NCBI GenBank assembly: GCA_026398415.1
Contig: JAPLSY010000087.1
Span: 17,826 to 81,825, forward strand
DNA length: 64,000 nt
Direction: 5' to 3'
From: Kiritimatiellota bacterium
Lineage (GTDB): Bacteria > Verrucomicrobiota > Kiritimatiellia > JAAZAB01
The position numbers were made by a program, and so were the translations under genes. Below the pieces are notes generated by a model. The model searched no databases, had not been told where the DNA came from, and was given only the letters and a program-made list of their open reading frames with translations. Shown here in pieces: positions 1 through 9,802 of the stretch (position 1 is its first letter; each line of letters starts with the position of its first letter).

Positions 1-1
1 A

Positions 2-700
2 TTGTTGTGGATCGCCACTTGGCTTTGGGACGGACTGCCGGATCAGTGGTGTGTGTTTCGCGACGGGATAAAGCTTGTTGCCGATCCCACAAATTCCGAG
101 TATCTGGACTACATCCGTCGGCAGGTTGCCGTACTGCTTGGATCTGATGGCTATGACGCGGACGGGTTCAAGATAGACCAACTGTCGTACAGTCCCAATG
201 AGCGGCATCCGTGCGGCGGATCCAGGTTCGGGGACACGCGGTTTTACGAACCGGGCACCCGCCCAATGCGTCTTGCCGGGGACGGCTGGGGGTGCGAATT
301 GCTGTACCGTTTACAAAAAACAATTTACAATGCCGCCAAAGCCGCCAAACCCGACGCGCTGGTCACCAGCAGTACTGTGCATCCCTATTTCCACGACACT
401 TTTGACATGGTCCGCCTGCACGATACCGGATTTGTGAAAAATGGCGACATTATGTCCGCCATGAAAGTGCGCGCGGACCTTGCCCATGCCACGTTGCCGG
501 CCAAGCCGATTGACACCGACAACTGGATAAGCGTTGATTACGCCGGATGGCTTAAATATACTTCCAACAGCCGGTGCATTGGAGTTCCCTGCATTTTTTT
601 CGCTGAGCGGTTCATGCTGAATTGGGCCGCAGAGCCTACTACGCAACTGATTCCAATGCAGGATCTCCAACGGATTGCCGAAAGCTGGCGGCGCTCGTAA
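2..700 (+). CDS. hypothetical protein, 5'-truncated at window edge (C-terminal 232 aa)
   Basis: Open frame runs from the window start to a stop at 698-700. No family recognised. Its position at the head of the glycan-degradation-like set suggests a related hydrolase. Confidence 0.4.
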   Translation: MLWIATWLWDGLPDQWCVFRDGIKLVADPTNSEYLDYIRRQVAVLLGSDGYDADGFKIDQLSYSPNERHPCGGSRFGDTRFYEPGTRPMRLAGDGWGCELLYRLQKTIYNAAKAAKPDALVTSSTVHPYFHDTFDMVRLHDTGFVKNGDIMSAMKVRADLAHATLPAKPIDTDNWISVDYAGWLKYTSNSRCIGVPCIFFAERFMLNWAAEPTTQLIPMQDLQRIAESWRRS

Positions 701-726
701 TTGCCTTAAAAAACAAAGGGGGCGGC

Positions 727-3102
727 ATGATATCAATGCGGATTGAAAAGGTTATTACGTGTGTGGCGTTGGCGGCGGCGCTCGTCGGATGCGGTATGGT
801 AAAGCCACCTAAAACCATGGATAAGGCGACGGCATTACCCCCGGAAATCATTATAGACGTGGATTTTTACGATCACGTCATCTGGTCGCCGCGCGGGCTC
901 GGGGTGGAGTACTTCGGGCCGAAGGAAATAGACGATATCTTCAAAAACTGCAAGGCGTCCGGGGTTTCTGTTGTTTACTGGCGGGCGTATTGTCAGATAG
1001 CGAATTATCCCTCGAAACTCACCTACAATATCGCGGATATGGAAGTCATCCGCTCGTCGCCGGACGACCGCAGGTCGGAAGGCGCTTTTTCCGCACGTGT
1101 CGGGGTGAAGACGACCGTTTCCGGCGGCGGCATAGTTCAGGACGTAAACGCTGCCGGCAAAGGAAAATATGTTTTTTCCTGCGACCTAAGCGCAGACGCC
1201 CCCGGGGCCTTTCCGGCGATCATCAACCCGATTGACCGGAAAATAATTCTATCTGGACAACCCGTGATATCCGGGAAATCTTTTCAGAAAAGCGAGCTCA
1301 GGTTCGAGCATGACGGACCGTTCGCGGCCGCCGTCCTCTCGAAAGGGAGCGCCAACATCAGCGTATTCATCGCCGACAACCTTTCGCTGAAGGATTCTGC
1401 GGGAAAGGAGTTGCTCGAAAACGGCGGGATGGAGATTCCCGACATGCTCCAACCGGTGGCCTGGAAGCCGTTCAACGCCGCGTTTCTTGTCCTCAACGGC
1501 GATTACAGGGCCGCCGGCCCGGAAATAAAAAAGAAATATTTGCCGAACGCCAAGGCGTCATTCGATCAAAGTGACCGCCCATATGAGCGCAAACTTTTCA
1601 GGAAAACTATGGCTTCCTGCGACACGTTAGCGGAGGCCGTCAAGAGCGCCAGGAAGTACGGCATCAGGATTTACGCGTGGACGGATCCGATAGATGACGG
1701 CCGGATGACACTGCCACCGTCATCGGCATGGGCTTCGCGATTTCTTGAGGAACACCCGGAATACCGGCTGGTCAACAAGCAAGGCCGGACGCGCTGGGGT
1801 ATGCTCTGTTTCGGTTATCCCGAGGTCAGGCGATACAAGACGGAGGTCGTGAAGGAGCTGCTCAGCTACGGCGTCGATGGCGTGGCATTGAAAATGAGTT
1901 ACCAGCATAACAAGGTCTGGGATGGCAATGATTACGACTACAAGGATTTTCTTTATAACGACATCGCCCTTGAGGAGTATCGGCGGATAAAAGGCGAGCC
2001 CGCCGACGGTAAATACGACACCTTGTTGCTTCGGATGATCTACGGGGAATTCTTTATTCAGTGGCTGCGGGAATTGCGGCCGGTCATGGAGGCGTCGGGG
2101 AAAAGACTCTGTCTCTTCCAGGAACCGTCGAAATATCTCGATCAGGGCGCTTCGGCCTGGAAGATCGATCCCGTGAAAATCGTCAACGAGAAACTCATCG
2201 ACGACCTTCTGCTGGAACCCCGCTGGAACGAGCCGTACAAGGATCACTTCGCCATGCTCGACGCGGTCAATGGGTATTCCGAGGCCTGTCGCCGGAACGG
2301 CATCAAACTCGGCTATGACTTCTGGCTCAACAGCCTGTTTAACAACGCGAACACGAATGTCGTGGATAAAGACAAAGGGCCGTATATGAAGGCGCAGCTG
2401 CTGGCCATTGCCGAGGAGCCGGTGGATTTCGTCGGCATCTACGAGTGCATTCATCTTGACGGGCCGCGGAAACTCTGGCCCTATGTCAAGGAGTTTTCGG
2501 AGGCACTGAAGAGCCCGGCGTTCAAAAGGAAAAATGTCGGCGCCGGCATGCCGTTCGCTGACGCGATGAAGGGGAAGAAGAACATCGCCGCCTATGAGAA
2601 CGGCGCGAAGGCTTATGTCGCTTTCCTTGACGGCAGAAAGAAAGACGCGCTGGACCTGATCGACGGCGACATTTCCGACAGTTCCGCCTACATGGCTGAG
2701 GAAACGCCGTTCGACGTAGAAATAAAATTTCCGGCGCCGGTAATGGTCGACGCCCTGAGGATTTATACGGGCGTGGTCGGATACTCCGGCACTCCCAGCG
2801 GCGAGAGCGGCATGGCATCGTTCGCGGCGGAAGGTTTCGCGGACGGCAAATGGTTTCCGTTGTTCAAGCCGGTCGCGGACATTTCCAGGATCAATCCCGC
2901 AGAGAAGAACAGAGCCAAGAACATGGTCTGTTATAATCTGCTTTACAGGTTCCAACCGGTCGCGCTGGAGAAGGTCAGGATCCGGGTGACCGGGACCACT
3001 GACACCGGGCGCCGCATAAGATCTCCCGATAAACCGATCGTCGCAGAAAAGAATAGAGCCACGTTCATCCGGGAATTGGAGATTTTTAAGGCGGAACAAT
3101 AA
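727..3102 (+). CDS. glycoside-hydrolase-like TIM-barrel lipoprotein (GHL-type), function unknown
   Basis: ATG at 727 is preceded by AAAGGGGG. N-terminus MISMRIEKVITCVALAAALVGCG is a lipoprotein signal with a lipobox Cys. The central region (YAWTDPIDDG ... GVDGVALKM) resembles that of the CDS at 7299-9608. Confidence 0.55.
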   Translation: MISMRIEKVITCVALAAALVGCGMVKPPKTMDKATALPPEIIIDVDFYDHVIWSPRGLGVEYFGPKEIDDIFKNCKASGVSVVYWRAYCQIANYPSKLTYNIADMEVIRSSPDDRRSEGAFSARVGVKTTVSGGGIVQDVNAAGKGKYVFSCDLSADAPGAFPAIINPIDRKIILSGQPVISGKSFQKSELRFEHDGPFAAAVLSKGSANISVFIADNLSLKDSAGKELLENGGMEIPDMLQPVAWKPFNAAFLVLNGDYRAAGPEIKKKYLPNAKASFDQSDRPYERKLFRKTMASCDTLAEAVKSARKYGIRIYAWTDPIDDGRMTLPPSSAWASRFLEEHPEYRLVNKQGRTRWGMLCFGYPEVRRYKTEVVKELLSYGVDGVALKMSYQHNKVWDGNDYDYKDFLYNDIALEEYRRIKGEPADGKYDTLLLRMIYGEFFIQWLRELRPVMEASGKRLCLFQEPSKYLDQGASAWKIDPVKIVNEKLIDDLLLEPRWNEPYKDHFAMLDAVNGYSEACRRNGIKLGYDFWLNSLFNNANTNVVDKDKGPYMKAQLLAIAEEPVDFVGIYECIHLDGPRKLWPYVKEFSEALKSPAFKRKNVGAGMPFADAMKGKKNIAAYENGAKAYVAFLDGRKKDALDLIDGDISDSSAYMAEETPFDVEIKFPAPVMVDALRIYTGVVGYSGTPSGESGMASFAAEGFADGKWFPLFKPVADISRINPAEKNRAKNMVCYNLLYRFQPVALEKVRIRVTGTTDTGRRIRSPDKPIVAEKNRATFIRELEIFKAEQ

Positions 3103-3265
3103 AAAACTTTTCCCGGAAGCGACGTGAGGCAGCAGGCGGGAACGAATTCAGCAAATATTGTTTTTTCTTGTTGCATCCGGAGTGGGGCAAACTACTGTCT
3201 ATCCGTAAGTGGCATCAGGAGATGCCTGAGCAGTTGCGAAAATAAAGCAAAATGAAGGAGCGAAC

Positions 3266-5185
3266 ATGCATGGAAAGATGGAAATAGCACGCGGTGGGCG
3301 GACTGATTATGCGATCATCACAAACACGAATGCCACCGCCGCCGAGCAATTCGCGGCACAGGAGCTGAGCGATTATCTGGCAAAGGTTACCGGCGCCCAT
3401 TTTAAGGTCATGTCCGAAACTAATCCGGCCCTGCCCGCGCGTGCGATCTATGTCGGCTGGACAGACTTTGCCAGCAAGCAGGGGATTGACGTTAAAAGTC
3501 TCGGGGCGGAAGAATGGATCATTAAAAGCTTCGGGGAAAATCTGGTCCTGACCGGCGGACGGCCACGCGGCACGCTTTATAGCGTCTACGAATTTTTGGA
3601 GCAGGAAATCGGATGCCATTGGCTGGATGAGTTTACGGAAATCGTGCCTTCAAAACCGGAACTCAAACTGAACAATCTTAATATCAAAGATCGGCCGCTG
3701 TTCTGGGACAGGCACTTAGGCACGGGGTTCGGATGGACATGCGTCGACGGGACATATTCTACCCGTATCGACGGAAAACTGATGTGCCTGTTTGATGCAC
3801 GTAATAAAGAAACTTCATACCATAAGGAAAATTTAGCCTATTCAGCCCCGTACGGATTAGTCGTCGAGCCAAGTATCGGATCGCCTTGCGCCTGTCATAC
3901 TTTTTATGCTTATTCCGAGGACTGGCAGACCAATCATCCGGAATATCTGGCAATGAACGATAAAGGCGAAAGGGTGCGCTCCACCAGTGGCGCCGGCCCC
4001 GGCCAGATTTGCCTTACTAATCCGGAAGCAAGGAAACTGATGCTGGCAAAACTGCGCCAATATATCGTCATGGATAAGGAGAAAGCATCAAAAAGAGGGG
4101 TTACGGCTCCGAAGATTTACTGTATTGAAACAAATGACAACGAACTGACCTGCCAGTGTCCAGGATGTCAAGCACTTATCGAACGGGAAGGCGCGAACGC
4201 CGGAGCGATGGTCGACCTCGCCAACTTCCTGGCCGACGGGATCAAAGACGAATTTCCGGATGTACTGGTTGATACTTTCGCCTATCTGCAGACCCTCACC
4301 CCGCCTAAAACGATCCGGCCGAGGGACAATGTCATCATCCGCATTGCCCAATTAAACGCCCGTCCTTTTCTGGATGGCAAATTCGGAAACAGGCTCGAAG
4401 AAAGGCCTGATTATTTTCGCCCCATGGCCCATCCGGTTAACCGCTCATGCTGCGAGACGTTTCTGGCCTGGTCAAAGATTGCCAAACATATAAGTTGCTG
4501 GGATTATTGGGTTCAATATGCGGACAAATTCAAAACACCGTATATCAATCTTGCCTGCATCAAGCCTGACCTGGAACTGTTTCTGGACAGCCACGTTGAA
4601 ACCATGTATGTGGAGTGTGAATACGCGGAAACATCAAGTTTCTTTGCCTTGAAACGCTGGCTGGGCCTGAAACTGATGCAGAATCCCCGTCAACCGGCCG
4701 AACCATTGATTGCAATCTTCATGTCCGGTTATTACGGGCCGGCTTCGTCAAAAATGAGCGCGTATTTGGCATATATGGAACAACGTATTAATGCTTTTCC
4801 CGAGACGGAGAAGCTTTCCGTGCTGGAAGAGCAAAATCGTCCTTACCTGGATCTGGATTTCTACGTAACCAGCAACAGGCTTTTAGACGAAGCGGAAGCC
4901 ATGTGCGGCACAAACAAGCAGGCATTGTTACACGTGCAGAGAGAGCGCATCACGGTTGATTCCGGTTTGCTGGGCATGTGGGCGCCATTGCAGGCTAAAC
5001 TTCCGGCCGGGAAGACAATGCCGTTCGACCACGAAGCCATTTTTAAGCGCTATGAAGCCCTGCGCCTGGCACAGATGGAGGCGGTTTACTCCAAAGACCA
5101 ACTGCCCAGGGGCAAAGCGGAGGTGGAAAAAGAGATCCGTGATTTTCGGGTAGGGTGTAAAACCTCTTATCAGATAACCGTATGA
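3266..5185 (+). CDS. DUF4838 domain-containing protein (GH-like, alpha-glucuronidase-like N-domain)
   Basis: AAGGAG RBS 6 nt upstream of ATG. N-terminal region YAIITNTNATAAEQFAAQELSDYLAKVTG...YVGW is the characteristic DUF4838 start. No signal peptide is detectable. Confidence 0.6.
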   Translation: MHGKMEIARGGRTDYAIITNTNATAAEQFAAQELSDYLAKVTGAHFKVMSETNPALPARAIYVGWTDFASKQGIDVKSLGAEEWIIKSFGENLVLTGGRPRGTLYSVYEFLEQEIGCHWLDEFTEIVPSKPELKLNNLNIKDRPLFWDRHLGTGFGWTCVDGTYSTRIDGKLMCLFDARNKETSYHKENLAYSAPYGLVVEPSIGSPCACHTFYAYSEDWQTNHPEYLAMNDKGERVRSTSGAGPGQICLTNPEARKLMLAKLRQYIVMDKEKASKRGVTAPKIYCIETNDNELTCQCPGCQALIEREGANAGAMVDLANFLADGIKDEFPDVLVDTFAYLQTLTPPKTIRPRDNVIIRIAQLNARPFLDGKFGNRLEERPDYFRPMAHPVNRSCCETFLAWSKIAKHISCWDYWVQYADKFKTPYINLACIKPDLELFLDSHVETMYVECEYAETSSFFALKRWLGLKLMQNPRQPAEPLIAIFMSGYYGPASSKMSAYLAYMEQRINAFPETEKLSVLEEQNRPYLDLDFYVTSNRLLDEAEAMCGTNKQALLHVQRERITVDSGLLGMWAPLQAKLPAGKTMPFDHEAIFKRYEALRLAQMEAVYSKDQLPRGKAEVEKEIRDFRVGCKTSYQITV

Positions 5186-5198
5186 CGAGGTAAAGTTG

Positions 5199-7142
5199 CT
5201 ACCCGGAAAGCTTGTTGCCTGTCAGGCGTTGCCAAAATCGCCAAAATTTCCCGTCAGGTTTTTCGCATCTTTTAACCGTAATTTCCCTGGTCAGAATAGT
5301 TTTCCGTTCCAGGCCGTCGCTGCCCTTGTAGCGGAAATTGGAGTAAGCAATCAGGAACTTGTCGTCTCCAGTGGCCAGCAGCGAGGTGTAGCCGCAGGAA
5401 TCCGCCTGCCGGTCGCTGGATGTCAGGGGTACCAACTTGTAAGGTTCCGTCCAGGTCCAGCCGTTGTCCCCGGAAAAGCGCACTTCCACGCCGGGCCGCC
5501 CGTAGGCCAGGACCATGACGCCGTTTTTCAACGTCAGCATCATCGGTTTTACGCCGTAAGGGTTGAACACCTTCGGCTTGGACCAGGTTTTGCCCATATC
5601 CTGGGAACGGCTGACATACAACGGGCCTACCCCTACTCCGGTATCCGTCCGGATAAAACAAACCATGGTACCGTCTTCGGCAAACTCAAATCCCGGTTCA
5701 TCAAAACCGTCGCGCAGCATGGCCATAGCGTCCGCATCGGTATCAGGTATGTAGGGAATAGTGCCCTGCGTAATGGTGCCCGGCGTCCGCCATTTCCGAC
5801 CGTTATCGGTCGAACGCAGGAAGATAACCCGCCGAAACCGTTCCGAGCCGAGATGCTGACGGGGGAAATAGATATAATATCCCGTCTTGGCTAGCATAAT
5901 GGAATTGTCCGGCGCGACTTCCATGTTGAACCAGTCGCCGCCAAGCAGAGGGAACAAATCTTTATACGCCATCCTTACGCCAAGATACTCGTTGACTTCC
6001 GCAATCTCGGTCACCCATTTATCAGTGTCTTTGTAATAATGGCTAAAACGCATATTCGCCAGTTCCGGGGGCAGGTCCTTGGCCCGGTAAAGCGAAAGTT
6101 TCGACCCGTAGGTTTCGGTCCACTGCCCCACCGGTTCAGGGAGTTTAAGATCGGCAACCTTGAGCGAAGGCGGTACACTATGGCTTAAGCGGTCGCCGTT
6201 TGGCAACAGCAATCCTCCGCCGCTTGATTTGCCGGTGGGAAGCTTCCACGTATTTCCGTCAAGAACAAAATGGCTGGGATATGACGTTTGCCCGGTGCCG
6301 TAAGCGCTTACGCTGTCTTCGCAAATATTAAAGCCGATTGAGATTGCGGGTTGCGTGCGGCTAAGACTCGGGAACTGCCAGTACCCCCAGCGTTTTTCTC
6401 CAACCGGCGCCTGCGCGACCACCAGCGGTTCGGCAATGGTTATCTTGAGTTCTTCTGTTTTTCGGGGATCACTTGTGCTGGCGGCTTTTCGGCTTGCTTT
6501 GCCGGCTTGAGGGATGGTGGCCCAGCGCACATATTCCCACGATGCTTCGCCGAGGCCCGAGCTGCTGGCCGCTCCGAACCCCAGGGCATTGCGGCCTTCA
6601 TATTCCATGACTTCATTGTATTTGCCTTTGCCGTCCAGCTTCAGTTCGCCGTCGGCATACAGCTTGAAATCGTTATTCCTGATTACAACCCGGTACACGT
6701 GAAAATCATTCGTGGTATTCATCTGGCAGGTCAGGTTGCCGTACTGCGCACGGATCCTGTCCGGGTAAAACTCGAAAACCTCCGTGGATATGCCGTTGCA
6801 CACCACTATGCCGCAGAATCCCGACTGGAGCTTCATTTTGGCTTCCGCGATGGTTTCGTCCTCGGCCTGCACCGCCCAGGGATAAGAGAAGAAAAGATAC
6901 TGGCCTTTGTCCGTGCCCCGGTCGGCAATCGACAGGGCGCCGTCCTTTACTTCCGCGACACAGTTGGTGAGGCTTTCCAGGGGGATATCGTATTGCGTGG
7001 CCCAGGGCGTTTTGGGCATTTCGGTTCCCCGGTAGGTTACATTCCATTTCATTGCCTTTTCCTGGGCGTATAACCGCCCGACGGTCGCTACCAGAAAGCA
7101 ACAGCCCAAAATCAAAATCAGCCGCAATTTTCCAAAGTCCAT
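5199..7142 (-). CDS. secreted BNR/Asp-box (exo-alpha-sialidase-like) protein with N-terminal ConA/LamG-like domain
   Basis: GGAGGA RBS precedes the start. Signal peptide MDFGKLRLILILGCCFLVATVGRLYAQ. Several SxDxGxTW Asp-box motifs are present (STDNGRKW, SRSQDMGKTW, SGDNGWTW). It is a paralog of the CDS at 59437-61152. Confidence 0.7.
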   Translation of the reverse strand: MDFGKLRLILILGCCFLVATVGRLYAQEKAMKWNVTYRGTEMPKTPWATQYDIPLESLTNCVAEVKDGALSIADRGTDKGQYLFFSYPWAVQAEDETIAEAKMKLQSGFCGIVVCNGISTEVFEFYPDRIRAQYGNLTCQMNTTNDFHVYRVVIRNNDFKLYADGELKLDGKGKYNEVMEYEGRNALGFGAASSSGLGEASWEYVRWATIPQAGKASRKAASTSDPRKTEELKITIAEPLVVAQAPVGEKRWGYWQFPSLSRTQPAISIGFNICEDSVSAYGTGQTSYPSHFVLDGNTWKLPTGKSSGGGLLLPNGDRLSHSVPPSLKVADLKLPEPVGQWTETYGSKLSLYRAKDLPPELANMRFSHYYKDTDKWVTEIAEVNEYLGVRMAYKDLFPLLGGDWFNMEVAPDNSIMLAKTGYYIYFPRQHLGSERFRRVIFLRSTDNGRKWRTPGTITQGTIPYIPDTDADAMAMLRDGFDEPGFEFAEDGTMVCFIRTDTGVGVGPLYVSRSQDMGKTWSKPKVFNPYGVKPMMLTLKNGVMVLAYGRPGVEVRFSGDNGWTWTEPYKLVPLTSSDRQADSCGYTSLLATGDDKFLIAYSNFRYKGSDGLERKTILTREITVKRCEKPDGKFWRFWQRLTGNKLSG

Positions 7143-7298
7143 TGGATTTCCTCCGTATCTTACAGGTATGTTAATTGCAAATCCCTGTCGTTTGATTATT
7201 GAATATGCTAAATTTTTATGTTTAATTCAAGTCCTATATTACGAACTCTTGGTGAGCAAAAGGAAATCCTGCCACAAAATCAGGAAGGAATAAGCACA

Positions 7299-9608
7299 AT
7301 GGAAATTAAACCATTGAATCGCGGAGGTGCAAGCGGACCAGGCCTTAACCAAAAACGGAAAGCATTGCGCAGAATATTCACGATTTACCTGGGGACTTTG
7401 GGCGGCCTGGCGCTGCTGATCGGCGGCTGCCAGAATCTGGGAGCTTCCGCCAAGGATAAGGCCGATGCCAAGGCTTTGATGACTTTGCGGGCGGAGCGCC
7501 GGGAAATGGCGCATCGGCCCCGTCGGTTGATCTTAAACAACGACGGGGACGATCAAATTTTTGCCAAGGCACCCACGCGGGAAGCGTTCTTGGAAGTGCG
7601 GACCACGCCCCTGGCCGATTCCCAGGTGGACACCATCATTTACTGCACCTCGCTGCCCTTCGGCCTGTTCGCCCACCGGTCGCAGGAAGGCGAGATCCTG
7701 ACCCTGCGGGAATTCCCCAACGGCAAAGGGGGCATGTACCGGAGCATAGTGGCTGACTTCCTGGAGCAGGGGACCGATCCGTTGCAGGTGATGGTCGAGT
7801 GGTGCCGGGCACATGGCCGGGAAATCTTCTGGACCATGCGGATGAACGACGTCCATGACACCTATTACCCTTACTTACTCCCCAAGTTCAAACGCGAGCA
7901 TCCGCAATACCTGCTGGGCACTTCCAATAAACCTCCATGTCACGGCAACTGGACGGCCGTAGATTACGGCGAGCCGGAAGTCCGCGACCGGCTCGTGGGC
8001 TACCTGCGCGAGATCTGTCGGAACTACAATGTGGACGGCATCGAGATGGATTTCTTCCGGTCCCTGGTGTTTTTTCGCCCAGTCGCCGAGGGGGGCGAAG
8101 CGGGGGATGCCGAACGCGGCATGATGACCGACATGGTTCGCAAGGTGCGCCGGATGACCGAGGAGGAGGGACTGCGCCGGGGCCGCCCCATTCTGGTGTC
8201 GGCCCGTACACCCGATTCGATCGAATTCTGCCGGGCTATTGGACTGGACCTGGAACGCTGGATGCAGGAGGGGTTGCTGGATATCTGGGTGGTCGGCGGC
8301 GACTTTCGCCTGAACCCCTGGCCTGAAAACGTTGCGTTGGGCCACCGGCACGGTTTGACGATCTGGTGCGACCTGGATCCGGTCGTCCACAATGCCGCGG
8401 GTCGCTGGAACCGCAACGCGATCGAGAGCATGCGGGCCCGCGCGCTGGAAGCCTGGAGTGCCGGGGCCGACGGGGTATACTTTTTCAACTTCTACGATCA
8501 ACCGAAGGATCCAATGTGGCGGGAATTGGGCGATCCCCGGACCCTGGCAAAGGCCGACCAGGTGATCTTTGCCAACGTCATGGGTCGCACTGGGTTCATG
8601 TCGGCCGACGGAGCGTTGGCGGAGGGGCATCGGTTCGAGACTGTGAGCATGGTCCACCCGGATAACCCCATGCAATTGCGGTCGCATCAAACGCAGCGTG
8701 TCCTGGTGCCGGTGGGCGCCGATCCGCAGGCCTCCTCCAATGGGGCGGCCGACGTCGAGGCACGTTGTCACCTGTTGCTCAACGGCGTGAATGAGGCCGG
8801 CGAATTGCGGGTGAGCCTCAACGGCAAGGTTCTGGATGGAGGCGTCCTGGTGAAGGATTGGTGGGAGGCCCCTGTGCCGCCGGGCCTGCTGCGCGGTGGC
8901 ACCAACGCTTTTGACATTGTTTATACCCCGCCTTCGGATAAGGGCGTAGGCGCCGGCAAAAATACGAACGAGACTTGGAACGTGGTGTATCGCGGCGATC
9001 ATGTGATGCAGTACCCGCAACAGTTGCCCTGGCGCCGCTTGACCGACTGCAAGCAGTACGTCGAGGAGATTCGCAACGGGGCGCTTTACCTGGCCGACCT
9101 CACCGCGGGCGACGCGCAGATGATCAACCTGGCCTATCCCTGGATGGTCAGCCCGGGCGAACGGATCGTTGTGGAGGCACGGGTGAAAGTTTTGGCGTCG
9201 GACGATCCCACGGCCGTCTGTCTGCGGATGGCCGACGGGGCATCCGTGGAAATCCTGGCGTTGGAGAAGGACGGTGTCAGGTTGCTCCACGCGGGGTTGA
9301 AGCATGGTATGAATACAACGGACGCCTTTCACACGTACCGGGTCGAGATCCTCGGGAAGGATATCCGCGTATACGTGGATGGTGGCGTGGCGCTGGACGG
9401 GGCAGGGCGTTTCACGGCCCCCGTTACGGACAAAGGCAACGAGATGCCGTTGGGGTATGGACTGCGGTATTGGAACCGGTGCAGTTTGCTATGGGGATCG
9501 GCCAGCGGCCCGGGCCGGGGCGAGGCGCTCTGGGAGTTCGTCCGGTTCCGCCAATCGGGCGTGCTGTTGCACGACGTGGTCTTGACCCTGCATCATCGCG
9601 GAAAGTAA
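7299..9608 (+). CDS. glycoside-hydrolase-like TIM-barrel lipoprotein with C-terminal ConA/LamG-like domain
   Basis: ATG at 7299 with CAGGAAGGA 10 nt upstream. Lipoprotein signal ...LALLIGGCQ. The C-terminal ~190 aa (FHTYRVEILGKDIRVYVDGG...ALWEFVRF) are homologous to the N-domains of the two sialidase-like proteins. Confidence 0.6.
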   Translation: MEIKPLNRGGASGPGLNQKRKALRRIFTIYLGTLGGLALLIGGCQNLGASAKDKADAKALMTLRAERREMAHRPRRLILNNDGDDQIFAKAPTREAFLEVRTTPLADSQVDTIIYCTSLPFGLFAHRSQEGEILTLREFPNGKGGMYRSIVADFLEQGTDPLQVMVEWCRAHGREIFWTMRMNDVHDTYYPYLLPKFKREHPQYLLGTSNKPPCHGNWTAVDYGEPEVRDRLVGYLREICRNYNVDGIEMDFFRSLVFFRPVAEGGEAGDAERGMMTDMVRKVRRMTEEEGLRRGRPILVSARTPDSIEFCRAIGLDLERWMQEGLLDIWVVGGDFRLNPWPENVALGHRHGLTIWCDLDPVVHNAAGRWNRNAIESMRARALEAWSAGADGVYFFNFYDQPKDPMWRELGDPRTLAKADQVIFANVMGRTGFMSADGALAEGHRFETVSMVHPDNPMQLRSHQTQRVLVPVGADPQASSNGAADVEARCHLLLNGVNEAGELRVSLNGKVLDGGVLVKDWWEAPVPPGLLRGGTNAFDIVYTPPSDKGVGAGKNTNETWNVVYRGDHVMQYPQQLPWRRLTDCKQYVEEIRNGALYLADLTAGDAQMINLAYPWMVSPGERIVVEARVKVLASDDPTAVCLRMADGASVEILALEKDGVRLLHAGLKHGMNTTDAFHTYRVEILGKDIRVYVDGGVALDGAGRFTAPVTDKGNEMPLGYGLRYWNRCSLLWGSASGPGRGEALWEFVRFRQSGVLLHDVVLTLHHRGK

Positions 9609-9802
9609 TCGTAGATGCTGCAACATGGGGTTTCTGTATGTGTGCGGCATGCACAGGTGTCTTGATAATATCAATTGATTGGATTGGTTCAAGACAACGC
9701 AAAGAATAATTCAAGTCTTTACAATCTATCTGTAAATAACAATAATTTGTCTTCGCCGGGCTAATTTTTACGGCCACGGACTCCGGATAAAACCATGCCA
9801 AA

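Noticed and set aside
1720-3099. 459-aa antisense ORF inside the GHL lipoprotein gene. Similar long antisense ORFs occur at 7875-9332, 23859-25166, 34297-35622 and 62690-63937.
   Set aside because: They sit opposite well-supported genes with recognisable domains and RBSs. They are Arg/Gly/Pro/His-rich low-complexity translations typical of antisense frames in high-GC DNA.
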